Shown here in pieces: positions 1 through 8,443 of a stretch of DNA of 27,165 nucleotides. The notes under the pieces are model-generated. The model saw nothing but the letters and a program-made list of their open reading frames with translations. It ran no database searches and was not told the DNA's origin. The DNA comes from an archaeon (GTDB lineage Archaea; Iainarchaeota; Iainarchaeia; Iainarchaeales; CSSED10-239). Numbering within the stretch: the first letter of the stretch is position 1; each line of letters begins with the position of its first letter. The stretch covers positions 1-27,165 of the forward strand of contig DAOOUC010000008.1 of assembly GCA_035390665.1 (NCBI GenBank), written 5' to 3'. The position numbers and the translations under genes were made by a program.

Positions 1-108
1 TAATGTGTTTTCTAAAACATTTATTTGAAATTGAACTTGTTGTTTTTGCTGAGACAAAAACATTAATTGTTGCCTATACATGTTTGCTGCATTTTCTTTT
101 TCACTCAT
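1..108 (-). CDS. pfdB: Prefoldin beta subunit, N-terminal part, runs off the window edge
   Basis: Hand translation from ATG at 106-108: MSEKENAANMYRQQLMFLSQQKQQVQFQINVLENTL, coiled-coil typical of the prefoldin beta N-terminus. It overlaps the pcc1 stop, and the operon position matches the conserved archaeal order. Confidence 0.75.
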   Translation of the reverse strand, partial: MSEKENAANMYRQQLMFLSQQKQQVQFQINVLENTL

Positions 109-350
109 AAATCCACCTCATAAGTTTTTTTAATCAATTCTAAAAGATTAATATAATGGTTGATTGTTGCTTTGTATGCCACAATATCCTTACATTCAAT
201 ATCAATAATCAATTGCTTCTTTGATATTTTTATTTTTGATTCTGAACGATCATATTTTTTTCTTGTTAATTCTAGTTCTAATAGTTCCTTTAATTTCTTT
301 GGGTTCTTTGTTTCTATTACAAGACTGCTTGAAATTATTTTTCCTATCAT
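105..350 (-). CDS. pcc1: KEOPS complex subunit Pcc1-like
   Basis: 81 aa protein between the Brix protein and prefoldin beta in the conserved exosome super-operon; sequence pattern fits the Pcc1 alpha/beta fold. Confidence 0.65.
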   Translation of the reverse strand: MIGKIISSSLVIETKNPKKLKELLELELTRKKYDRSESKIKISKKQLIIDIECKDIVAYKATINHYINLLELIKKTYEVDL

Positions 351-799
351 AATTCTTTAACCTTCTTTAAATCAAAAGAAAAGCCTGTTTCTTTTTCTTC
401 TAAAAGAAAACTGAAATTATTGTTGGTTTTTAAAATTCTAATTTGGTTGTCTGTTTCTTTAGTTTTAAATAATTCTTCAATATTTGGTTTTTCTGTTAGC
501 GCTGTGTTTTTTATTTTAGACAAGGACAAATTTAATTTTGTTTTAAGATTTTTAATTTCTAAAGCTTTTTCTAGGAAATAACTGTCTTCTTTTAAAACAT
601 AAACTTCTAAAATCAAATTTTCTTTATTTTTTGAAATAAGCAAAAATTGCTTATAACCAAGATATGCAGACCTTTCAAAAAGCTTCTTTAAACTTGTTTC
701 TCCTCTTGGAATATGCTTAATATCAGAGAAGAAAAGCCCCATGTACTTACAAAACTTTTTTTCTGTAATTTCTGCTTTTCTTGAAGTTGTTATAAACAT
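347..799 (-). CDS. Brix/IMP4-domain ribosome biogenesis protein
   Basis: MFITTSRKAEITEKKFCKYMGLFF.. with HIPRGETSLKKL resembles archaeal Brix-domain proteins; syntenic with rpl37ae and rpoP. Confidence 0.7.
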   Translation of the reverse strand: MFITTSRKAEITEKKFCKYMGLFFSDIKHIPRGETSLKKLFERSAYLGYKQFLLISKNKENLILEVYVLKEDSYFLEKALEIKNLKTKLNLSLSKIKNTALTEKPNIEELFKTKETDNQIRILKTNNNFSFLLEEKETGFSFDLKKVKEL

Positions 800-801
800 A
801 T

Positions 802-930
802 CTAATTTGCTTTTACCTTCTTAACAATTGGTATTCTTTTTTTATAGAAAATTCTACCAGAACAACTTCTACATTTTTTGCTTTCTGGCATATCTTCATA
901 AACTTCATTACATTTGCCACAATAATACAT
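802..930 (-). CDS. rpoP: DNA-directed RNA polymerase subunit P (Rpo12/RpoP); absent from the supplied ORF track
   Basis: Hand translation: MYYCGKCNEVYEDMPESKKCRSCSGRIFYKKRIPIVKKVKAN*, with CxxC...CxxC zinc knuckle and the R-I-x-Y-K pattern of Rpo12. Sits between rpl37ae and the Brix gene. Confidence 0.9.
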   Translation of the reverse strand: MYYCGKCNEVYEDMPESKKCRSCSGRIFYKKRIPIVKKVKAN

Positions 931-942
931 TTCCAGTCACCT

Positions 943-1167
943 TTATTTTGCAGCGGTCTTAAATTTATAAGCTCCGCCAGATATCTTTGTGTCGCATTTT
1001 TGACACTTATAGATTCCTGTTGCTACTCTTTTTATTTTATCTTTTGTTCCACAATTTGGACAAATCTTCTTACTTTTGTCTTCTGTTGCTAAAAGAAATT
1101 TCTTTCTAATTCCTACTCCGCCTCTAACTCCATATTTTCCGGTTTTACCTACTTTTTTTGTACTCAT
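943..1167 (-). CDS. rpl37ae: 50S ribosomal protein L37Ae (eL43)
   Basis: KVGKTGKYGVRGGVGIRKK...CPNCGTKDKIKRVATGIYKCQKCDTKISGGAY, a classic eL43 zinc-ribbon protein. Confidence 0.95.
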   Translation of the reverse strand: MSTKKVGKTGKYGVRGGVGIRKKFLLATEDKSKKICPNCGTKDKIKRVATGIYKCQKCDTKISGGAYKFKTAAK

Positions 1168-1973
1168 TGTTTATCACATATTTTATTTTTTATTTCTAAA
1201 TATTTAGCTGTTGCTATATCCATAATCTTATTTATATCTTCTATCTTAAAGGTTCCTTTTCCTCCGCCTTTATGATATGCAACAACATCGTTTTTACAAA
1301 CACCTAATGTAAATCTTGCTTCTGTTGCAAGGTCTTCAACTTCTGTTGTATCTGCAATTATCTTATCTTTATATTTACCGAAAGTAAAAGACACAGCAAT
1401 TTTGTCAAAATCTATATTTAATTTCTTGTCTGTATATTCTTTTAAAATAATATTGTTATTTTCATCAAGTTTTGGAATCTTGGTATCAAGTAATGCAGCC
1501 ATTGCAGCATATTGTGCAGCATCTATTAAATTACCGTCTGCATTCATTGTGTAACAATCAACATAGATTATGAATGATTTTTCTCCTGTAACAATATTAA
1601 GGTCTTTAAAATCAATACATTCACTTGATCTTATAACTCTATCAACAACCCTTCCATATTCCATGGCTTCAAGACTTGGTGGGCCTGTACCTATATCTGC
1701 TGAAGCGATTCCTGACATTTCAAGATTAATTACAATTGAACCTTCATCAGGAGAATCAGTGTATGGAGTTCCAACAGCAAACTTAACACCAGCAATAATT
1801 TCTGTATCTCCAAGTTTTACCCATGCAGAACCGTCTGCTGATTTCATAACTCCTCTTTGGATTTCTATATTTCTATATTCTAATAAATCTCTTCCATCTG
1901 CTCTTTTGGATTCATCTAAAAGTTTCTTTGCTTTTTCTGAATTTATAATTTTAATTATGTCTGTATCACTCAT
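1164..1973 (-). CDS. rrp42: Exosome complex component Rrp42
   Basis: 269 aa RNase PH-fold protein (DGRDLLEYRNIEIQRGV...GSAWVKLGDTEIIAGVKFAVGTPY..); operon position upstream of rpl37ae. Confidence 0.93.
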   Translation of the reverse strand: MSDTDIIKIINSEKAKKLLDESKRADGRDLLEYRNIEIQRGVMKSADGSAWVKLGDTEIIAGVKFAVGTPYTDSPDEGSIVINLEMSGIASADIGTGPPSLEAMEYGRVVDRVIRSSECIDFKDLNIVTGEKSFIIYVDCYTMNADGNLIDAAQYAAMAALLDTKIPKLDENNNIILKEYTDKKLNIDFDKIAVSFTFGKYKDKIIADTTEVEDLATEARFTLGVCKNDVVAYHKGGGKGTFKIEDINKIMDIATAKYLEIKNKICDKQ

Positions 1974-2677
1974 TGTATGTCACCTTCCATTGGGTACTTT
2001 TCTATAAGTGCTTTCTTTTGGATTTCATAAACCATTTCTGCTCCTTTTAATGCTGTTTCTAAGATTTTTGAACAATCTTTTTTATCTACAAATCCGTCCA
2101 TTTGTAATAATGCTAATTCCTTCTGTGGCATTAAAAAAGCACAAGCCATGTCTACTGCGTCTTTTGTATCTTCATCATTTTTGTCCAGATCTAAGACTAA
2201 GGAACCGTCTGCTCTTCCTGCAGCAACAGCACTTATTAATCCTCTCATTGGAAGACCTGCATCTGCGGCAGCAAGACTTGCGGCGGTTAATGCTGCAACT
2301 CTAGTTCCTGCATCTGCAGATAATATTAAAACATTTACATCAATTACAGTATTTGGGAATTGCTCAACCATTACTGCTGCTTCAAGAGCGTGTCCTGAAA
2401 CTAAAGAAATTTCTTTATCTCTTTTCCCTGGGACTGGTGATTTTCGTTCAGTTACAGAAAAACTTGCCATTCTGTATTTATAATCAATAACTGCTTTTGT
2501 AGGGTCTGCTAAATGTTTTGGGAAAATTGGTTTTGGCCCATTAACTGTAGCAATAACTGTATTTTTGCCCCATTCTAAAAAACAAGAACCATCTGCATTC
2601 TTATTTACTCCTAATTTTATACTAATTGGTCTTAGCTCATTTAAAGACCTTCCATCTGGTCGTTTGTTTTGCGACAT
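1970..2677 (-). CDS. rrp41: Exosome complex exonuclease Rrp41
   Basis: KRPDGRSLNELRPISIKLGV..NADGSCFLEWGKNTVIATVNGP..., RNase PH fold; adjacent to rrp4 and rrp42. Confidence 0.95.
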   Translation of the reverse strand: MSQNKRPDGRSLNELRPISIKLGVNKNADGSCFLEWGKNTVIATVNGPKPIFPKHLADPTKAVIDYKYRMASFSVTERKSPVPGKRDKEISLVSGHALEAAVMVEQFPNTVIDVNVLILSADAGTRVAALTAASLAAADAGLPMRGLISAVAAGRADGSLVLDLDKNDEDTKDAVDMACAFLMPQKELALLQMDGFVDKKDCSKILETALKGAEMVYEIQKKALIEKYPMEGDIQ

Positions 2678-2696
2678 AAATTATTTTCATCTCCTT

Positions 2697-3305
2697 TTAT
2701 GAATTCTTTTTTAAGTATTCTTCAATTGTGTTTGTTAAATTTGATTTTTGAGAATTTGTAATTATTAAATTAATTGCATCCTCTAAAAGACTAAAATTTT
2801 TAGAAACACACCACACCCACCCGTTTCTTCCAACAAGCATATTTGATTGTGTGTATTTTTTTAAAACATTTAACATAGAATCATTTTTTCCAATAAGTCT
2901 TGGAACCTTTACTGAAGGAACAACTAAAATGTTTCCAATTGGCAAGATATTAATATTATCAAGCTCTGTTACATCTACACCATCAACAACTTTAACTCTT
3001 GCAAATAACATCTGCCCAATCTTTAATTCCTTTGTTACTAAAGACTTTGGCAAGAAGCAATCACTGTGAGAGTTTATGTCTATGATGTATCCATTATTTG
3101 TAACATTTTTTATTATACAAACAACTGCATCGTTTACTTCTGGAACATATGGGCCATTTAATGGCACAATAGAAACATAATCTTCTGATTCATTAAGTAT
3201 TCCAAGAACTGAACTGTAAATGCAATTGTCTTTTATAAAAATGTTACCTCCAACTTTCTTTTTTTTGTCTGTTATTAATTCTCCTGGTGTTACTATTCTT
3301 TTCAT
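2697..3305 (-). CDS. rrp4: Exosome RNA-binding subunit Rrp4
   Basis: 202 aa with S1 and KH-like regions (VPSVKVPRLIGKNDSMLNVLKKYTQ..MLVGRNGWVW); located between SBDS and rrp41. Confidence 0.9.
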   Translation of the reverse strand: MKRIVTPGELITDKKKKVGGNIFIKDNCIYSSVLGILNESEDYVSIVPLNGPYVPEVNDAVVCIIKNVTNNGYIIDINSHSDCFLPKSLVTKELKIGQMLFARVKVVDGVDVTELDNINILPIGNILVVPSVKVPRLIGKNDSMLNVLKKYTQSNMLVGRNGWVWCVSKNFSLLEDAINLIITNSQKSNLTNTIEEYLKKNS

Positions 3306-3318
3306 AAATTTTCACATT

Positions 3319-4014
3319 TTATTGTTTTAAGACATCAACAATTACTGAACCGTGTGTTACATTGTTAAGATCAGTTATTAATTTTGATTTTAACCCAACA
3401 GGGATTGACACTTTTGCAGTTAATCCTCCGCTTGGTAACCACTTCTCTTCAATCAAATCATATCTGTGTATAAGTGAAGTAATCTTTCCAGAATATATTG
3501 CACTTACTTCTATTACCACTGTTATTTTTTCTAAAGATATTGGCATTGCTTTTTTTAAAATCAATAATACTTCATTGATTTCGTCTTCTTTTTTTCTGTT
3601 TAATGTAAATTTGTATTTTGCAGAATCTAATGCATTAATTATTCTTTGAGGAGGTATTGGTGTCATGTCTTTAGGGTCGTGTGCATTCTTTACAATGAAA
3701 TCAATAATTTCATTCTTTCTTCTTTCAAGCATTTCATTTCTTTGAGAGGTCGTTAACTGTACTTCTCCATCAACAATTATTTTTTTTGCAATTGTAAGAA
3801 AATCTGTTGTTTGAAAAACTTCTTTTAATACTTCTTCTGATGCTAATTTTCCTTTTGCTGAATCTGAATAAATTTCTTCCATAGCAAAAAGATTATCTAA
3901 ATTAACTTCTTTTCCGTGTTTATAATCCCAAGCCATGTATGGCTCAACTAATATTTCAAAATGATGAGATTGTCTATCTAATCTTGCAATTACTGCTTCT
4001 TCTAATTTTACCAT
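3319..4014 (-). CDS. sdo1: SBDS family ribosome maturation protein
   Basis: 231 aa: VEPYMAWDYKHGKEVNLDNLFAMEEIYSDSAKGKLASEEVLKEVFQTTDFLTIAKKI..., an SBDS signature. Confidence 0.95.
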   Translation of the reverse strand: MVKLEEAVIARLDRQSHHFEILVEPYMAWDYKHGKEVNLDNLFAMEEIYSDSAKGKLASEEVLKEVFQTTDFLTIAKKIIVDGEVQLTTSQRNEMLERRKNEIIDFIVKNAHDPKDMTPIPPQRIINALDSAKYKFTLNRKKEDEINEVLLILKKAMPISLEKITVVIEVSAIYSGKITSLIHRYDLIEEKWLPSGGLTAKVSIPVGLKSKLITDLNNVTHGSVIVDVLKQ

Positions 4015-4027
4015 AATTACTTACCCC

Positions 4028-4753
4028 CTATAACAATTTAGAATATTTCTCTAAAGGAACAATTGAACCGTTAGTTCCATTCTCAACAATATTAATTACT
4101 TCTAAACTTTGTGGATTAAGTTTTTGTTTTGGTTCAAGGTTTAAAGATATTGTTTTTATCCCCATTTCTAATGCGTCTTCAAATGATAAATTTTCTTTAT
4201 AATTTTTTTCTAAAAATTCCATTAATTTTTGTCTGTTCTGACCAATTGCTACTGCCTTGTAAGCCGTTATTGCACCGCTTGGTTCTACTTCAAAAATGTG
4301 TTTGCCTAATGAATCGTATCCTGAGATAATTAAAGAAACCCCAAATGGTCTTCCACCGCCATATTGTGTAAAATATTGAATAACTGATGCGATTTTTTTA
4401 ACAAGAGTTTCAACCTCTATTGGTTGATCAAAGTATGTTCTATTCTCTTGAGCCATTTGTCTTGCATAATCTACAAGTCTTCTCCCATCTCCAATTAATC
4501 CTGCACAAGCAGTCCACATGTGATTGTCTATTTTAAATACTTTTTCTACAGATTCTGGAATTACTAGACTAGAGTGTATTTTTTTATCTGCTATAATTAT
4601 TACTCCTTGCTTATAGATTATAGCCACTGCTGGACTTCCTTTTTCTATAATCTTTGAGGCATAATCTACCTGATAAAGATGTCCTTCAGGACTAAACATT
4701 GTTATTGAACGATCATAACCTGCTGCTGCAGCTCCAAGAGAATTTGGAATCAA
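4028..4753 (-). CDS. psmA: Proteasome subunit alpha (TTG start)
   Basis: AGYDRSITMFSPEGHLYQVDYASKIIEKGSPAVAI is the 20S alpha N-terminal signature. Start codon reads TTG, preceded by AGGTGA. Confidence 0.95.
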   Translation of the reverse strand: MIPNSLGAAAAGYDRSITMFSPEGHLYQVDYASKIIEKGSPAVAIIYKQGVIIIADKKIHSSLVIPESVEKVFKIDNHMWTACAGLIGDGRRLVDYARQMAQENRTYFDQPIEVETLVKKIASVIQYFTQYGGGRPFGVSLIISGYDSLGKHIFEVEPSGAITAYKAVAIGQNRQKLMEFLEKNYKENLSFEDALEMGIKTISLNLEPKQKLNPQSLEVINIVENGTNGSIVPLEKYSKLL

Positions 4754-4856
4754 TTTTTCACCTATTTTTAAATTTTATAGATATTTATAAATAAAAAAGT
4801 CTATCTAATATATATTATATATAAGAAGTATTAAAAAGGTAATTTTTGGCTAAATT

Positions 4857-5264
4857 TTACCTAAAATACCTTTTTGAAATTTTTGTGAATAAAAGATAAT
4901 AAATTATTGTTCCAGATATTAGAATTAAGATTATATTTGGTAAAATTACATTAATTGTTGTTGTATTTATCATTGCAAGTATTGCTAAAATTATTGAAAT
5001 TAAAGAAATTGTAGCAATTCCCCATCTCGATAAATTCTTTTTTTTCCATATTCCAAGACCTAAACAAAAATGAACAATAGAAATAATTAACATAATTGCG
5101 GCAAATATTAAAGCAGCACCAATTGGCAAAGAAACAAAAGGAGATCCATTGATTGAAATTTTAGGATAAACTATTACCCCTATTCCTAAAAATAAATAAA
5201 GTAAAGAAATAAACCAATAGTATACTGCTATTAGTATTATTCCAATAGGCGTTTTTAATTTCAG
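4857..5264 (-). CDS. Hypothetical multi-pass membrane protein, extended upstream of the supplied ORF (4857..5129); putative CTG start
   Basis: The frame stays open upstream of the TTG at 5129 back to a stop near 5270. Extension reads KLKTPIGIILIAVYYWFISLLYLFLGIGVIVYPKISINGSPFVS-LPIGAALIF. GGTG lies about 7 nt before CTG at 5262-5264. The extension aligns with the neighbouring paralog. Confidence 0.6.
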   Translation of the reverse strand: MKLKTPIGIILIAVYYWFISLLYLFLGIGVIVYPKISINGSPFVSLPIGAALIFAAIMLIISIVHFCLGLGIWKKKNLSRWGIATISLISIILAILAMINTTTINVILPNIILILISGTIIYYLLFTKISKRYFR

Positions 5265-5266
5265 AA

Positions 5267-5698
5267 TTATTCACCTTTAATTGCTTTTTTTACTTCTTTA
5301 TTAAATATTAAATACCAAGCAATAAATCCATTTATTAAAAGACCAACAATGTTTGACCATTGCCCTGAAATTAATCCTGTTGTTGCAAAAAAGAAACCAA
5401 ATAAGGAAAATAAAATTATTGTATATCTTGCCCAAGATTTTAATTTAAATAACCCGATTCCAAGAATAATTCCAAGAAGTCCAAATATTATGAAGAAAAT
5501 ACCTGTTACTAAAATTGCTTTTACTGCAATACTTGGTTCAATTGTTGCAAATTCTGGAGTTGATTGCAATACATATTCTCTTATCTTTGAAGGAAAACTT
5601 GACATTATTATTCCCAAAAGAACAGTAAGTGCTGAAACAATTATATAATATGTTGATATTACCTTTACGCCTAATGGCTTTATTTTATTTTTATTCAT
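5267..5698 (-). CDS. Hypothetical multi-pass membrane protein, paralog of the adjacent gene
   Basis: 143 aa, about 4 hydrophobic segments, intact ORF overlapping rnp2 by 4 nt. Confidence 0.7.
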   Translation of the reverse strand: MNKNKIKPLGVKVISTYYIIVSALTVLLGIIMSSFPSKIREYVLQSTPEFATIEPSIAVKAILVTGIFFIIFGLLGIILGIGLFKLKSWARYTIILFSLFGFFFATTGLISGQWSNIVGLLINGFIAWYLIFNKEVKKAIKGE

Positions 5699-6036
5699 CT
5701 GAATTCTCCTTTTAATTTTTTTATTGTACTCTTTACTTCTAAAACTTTTATTAATCCTGTTTCGTTTTGTGCGAAAAACAAAGATCCAATAAATTCATCT
5801 AAATATTCTTTGTTTATTCTTATTAATATGGTTTGTGTTTTAGTGTCTATTTCTAAAATTGTAATATTACATTCTGTTTGAACAAATATTCCGCAAGTTT
5901 TTTGTAAACTTTGAGTTAAAACTGAATATATCTTTTTTGACTCAAGACTTATCTCTGGATTAATCAATTTTATTAGCACATATCTTTTCTTGTGTCTTAA
6001 GGTTGGCCTTATTACTCCTAGTTTTGTTTTTTTCAT
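5695..6036 (-). CDS. rnp2: Ribonuclease P protein component 2 (Pop5-like)
   Basis: 113 aa: RPTLRHKKRYVLIKLINPE...RINKEYLDEFIGSLFFAQ; overlaps the Rpp30 gene, a common archaeal pairing. Confidence 0.85.
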   Translation of the reverse strand: MKKTKLGVIRPTLRHKKRYVLIKLINPEISLESKKIYSVLTQSLQKTCGIFVQTECNITILEIDTKTQTILIRINKEYLDEFIGSLFFAQNETGLIKVLEVKSTIKKLKGEFR

Positions 6037-6617
6037 TTTATTTCTCTTGAATTTAAAAATTTATTAATTGTTTCTTTTTCTAAATTAAAGTTTTTTAGAA
6101 AATTATTTAAAATCTCATCATCAATTAAATCTTTTGATTTTTTAGAAAGAGTTACAAATCTCATTTCTATGTTTTTGGATTTTAAAAGAGAAATTATAAA
6201 TGCCATTTGCTTTATTGCTCTATATTGGTTTGTTCTAATTTCATTAATATTAAAATAAATTGTTTTTTTGTTTTGTTTCGCAATTTCTGCTAAGCCTTCA
6301 TCAAAGCAAAGTTCTGAACCTATTGGATTAAGTAAATCAATTGCGCCTTTTGTGCTTATTGCATTTGTATTTGTTTTTAGGTCTCCGCCTTCAAAAAGAA
6401 TTATTGCATCATTTTCTTTAATTGATTTAATTAGATTTGTGTCTTCTAAAATAAATGCTTTTTTCAAATTTATGTTTTTAAATTTAGGCAAATCAAAATT
6501 TGTGTCTTCTTTTTTTTTAATTTTTTTATAAACATAAATATCTGTATAACCTAAAGATAATAAAATTTCTTCAATATTTTTCTCTTTTAATAGTTCTTCG
6601 CTAATTATATCAAACAT
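6033..6617 (-). CDS. rnp3: Ribonuclease P protein component 3 (Rpp30-like)
   Basis: 194 aa: ...ISTKGAIDLLNPIGSELCFDEGLAEIAKQNKKTIYFNINEIRTN...RQMAF pattern of RNase P p30; follows Pop5. Confidence 0.85.
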   Translation of the reverse strand: MFDIISEELLKEKNIEEILLSLGYTDIYVYKKIKKKEDTNFDLPKFKNINLKKAFILEDTNLIKSIKENDAIILFEGGDLKTNTNAISTKGAIDLLNPIGSELCFDEGLAEIAKQNKKTIYFNINEIRTNQYRAIKQMAFIISLLKSKNIEMRFVTLSKKSKDLIDDEILNNFLKNFNLEKETINKFLNSREIK

Positions 6618-6619
6618 TT

Positions 6620-8305
6620 TTACATTCTCTCAGGTATTTTTATTCCTAATATTCCTAATGCATTTTCTAAAACCACAAGATAGCCTCTTATAAGAAAAAC
6701 TCTTTGATTTTGTAAATCCAAGTCGCTTGAAATTACAGGACAATTTACGTAAAATTTGTTAAAAGCGTGTGAAAGTTCTAGGCAATAACCTGCAATGGTA
6801 TTTGGTTTATATTCTTGTGCAGAAAATTTAACCTTGTCTGGAAATTGATATAAAAGATCCAATAACTTTTTTTCTTCAGTACACAAATTAAGTTTTTTTG
6901 GAAAATTCTCCTCTTTTATTTTTCTTAAAATGCTTTTTGCACGAACTCCACTATATTGGACATAAACAGAAGAATCTCCTTGTAAATCTAAAGCCGAATT
7001 AATATCAAACACAAAGGTTTTATTAAAATTAATTTTTAACATTTCGAATTTTATTGTTCCATAGACTATTGCTGAAACAATTTTATCGTCAACTTCTAAA
7101 TTATTTTCTATTAGTATTTCTTCTGCTCTTTTTTTTAACATATCTCTAAAGTCTTCGTAAAGCACCATCTCTCCCTCACGAGATGCCATTTTTCCTGTAG
7201 TTAGATTTACCATACCAAGAGAAAGGTGTTTGTGATTAGTTTGGGGGTATATTTTAGAAAAAAGATAAAACATTTGTCTTAAATAAAAATCTTGCTCGCT
7301 TCCTACAACATACAAAAAATTATTTGCATTAGGATATCTTTCTTTTTTTACTTTTACTAATGCAATGTCTTTTGCAGCATATAATGGCGCGCCGTTATGC
7401 TTTATTAAAACAACAACATCAAGTTTTTGATCTTTAAGGTCTGCAATAACGGCCTCTTGACTTTCTTTAAATAAAGCTTTATATTCCTGGAAAAGTGAAT
7501 CTTTTATTTCTAGAAATTTTTGTTCTGTTTCACTTTCAAAAAATTTATCTTTAAGGTTTATTTCTAATTCGTCTTTAACTTGCATATATGCATTGAAACT
7601 TTCGTCTCTTAATTTTTTTATTTTTTCTTTTAATTCCTTGTCTGTTAAAATCTGTTTTTGAATATCGCTTATTTCTTTAGTTGATTCTGGTATTTCTTTT
7701 GCTTTTTCTCCTGCTCTTAAATATATTTGGCCAAACCATTTTGCTACGTCTTTTTTAGGAATCTTTTGCTCAACAGGCGAAAGGAACTTAGAATAATACC
7801 AGTACCATTTAGCAACATGTGTACCAACATCTCCGCCATAATAAACAGAGATTGGCTCTTCTCCACTAAATTCTAATAATCGGTCTATTGCATTACCACC
7901 AACAATCATTCTTAAATGGCCTACATGAAGGGTTTTGAATGTGTTTGCATTAAAAGTATCAATAATAAATTGTTCTTTCTTTTCCTTAATTATCCTTCCA
8001 TAATTTTTTTTCTTTTCTAAAATTTCAGTAATTGTTTCTTTGTAAAGTATTTCTTGTTTTATCATAGCATTAACATATCCATTAATTTCAGAAAATATAA
8101 AAATATCTGAATGCAATTTATCTTTGAGATCTTTTGCAATATCTATAGGAGATTTTTTCAAATCTTTAGCCAGACTAAAACAAGGAAACGAAAGATTGCC
8201 TAAATTAGAATCTGGTGGCAATTCTATATATCTAATAATCTCTTGCTTATCTCTATCTATTGTCTTTGACAAACAATTAGCAAATTCTTCTTTAAAGTTA
8301 ATCAT
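6620..8305 (-). CDS. argS: Arginine--tRNA ligase
   Basis: 561 aa; class I motif HVGHLR, KMASREG (KMSKS-like), GAPLYAAKDIAL, C-terminal DALR-type anticodon-binding region. Confidence 0.95.
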   Translation of the reverse strand: MINFKEEFANCLSKTIDRDKQEIIRYIELPPDSNLGNLSFPCFSLAKDLKKSPIDIAKDLKDKLHSDIFIFSEINGYVNAMIKQEILYKETITEILEKKKNYGRIIKEKKEQFIIDTFNANTFKTLHVGHLRMIVGGNAIDRLLEFSGEEPISVYYGGDVGTHVAKWYWYYSKFLSPVEQKIPKKDVAKWFGQIYLRAGEKAKEIPESTKEISDIQKQILTDKELKEKIKKLRDESFNAYMQVKDELEINLKDKFFESETEQKFLEIKDSLFQEYKALFKESQEAVIADLKDQKLDVVVLIKHNGAPLYAAKDIALVKVKKERYPNANNFLYVVGSEQDFYLRQMFYLFSKIYPQTNHKHLSLGMVNLTTGKMASREGEMVLYEDFRDMLKKRAEEILIENNLEVDDKIVSAIVYGTIKFEMLKINFNKTFVFDINSALDLQGDSSVYVQYSGVRAKSILRKIKEENFPKKLNLCTEEKKLLDLLYQFPDKVKFSAQEYKPNTIAGYCLELSHAFNKFYVNCPVISSDLDLQNQRVFLIRGYLVVLENALGILGIKIPERM

Positions 8306-8322
8306 AGTTTTTACCTTTAAAG

Positions 8323-8395
8323 CGAGTCCGGAGGGATTCGAACCCTCGACCCACAGCTTAGAAGGCTGTTGCCCTATCCACTAGGCCACGGACCC
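8323..8395 (-). tRNA. tRNA-Arg (TCT anticodon)
   Basis: RC: GGGTCCG TG GCCT AGTGGATA GGGC A ACAGC CTTCTAA GCTGT GGGTC GAGGG TTCGAAT CCCTC CGGACTC G. Full cloverleaf, 73 nt, no encoded CCA. Confidence 0.95.
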
Positions 8396-8443
8396 ACAAT
8401 CAATATATAAATAAGAAAGAAAATAAATAAAAAGAAACTCTTT

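Noticed and set aside
1570-2483. Long plus-strand ORFs (1570..2007, 2008..2304, 2148..2483) opposite rrp41/rrp42
   Set aside because: Antisense shadows of well-supported conserved genes; low-complexity translations and no recognisable domains.
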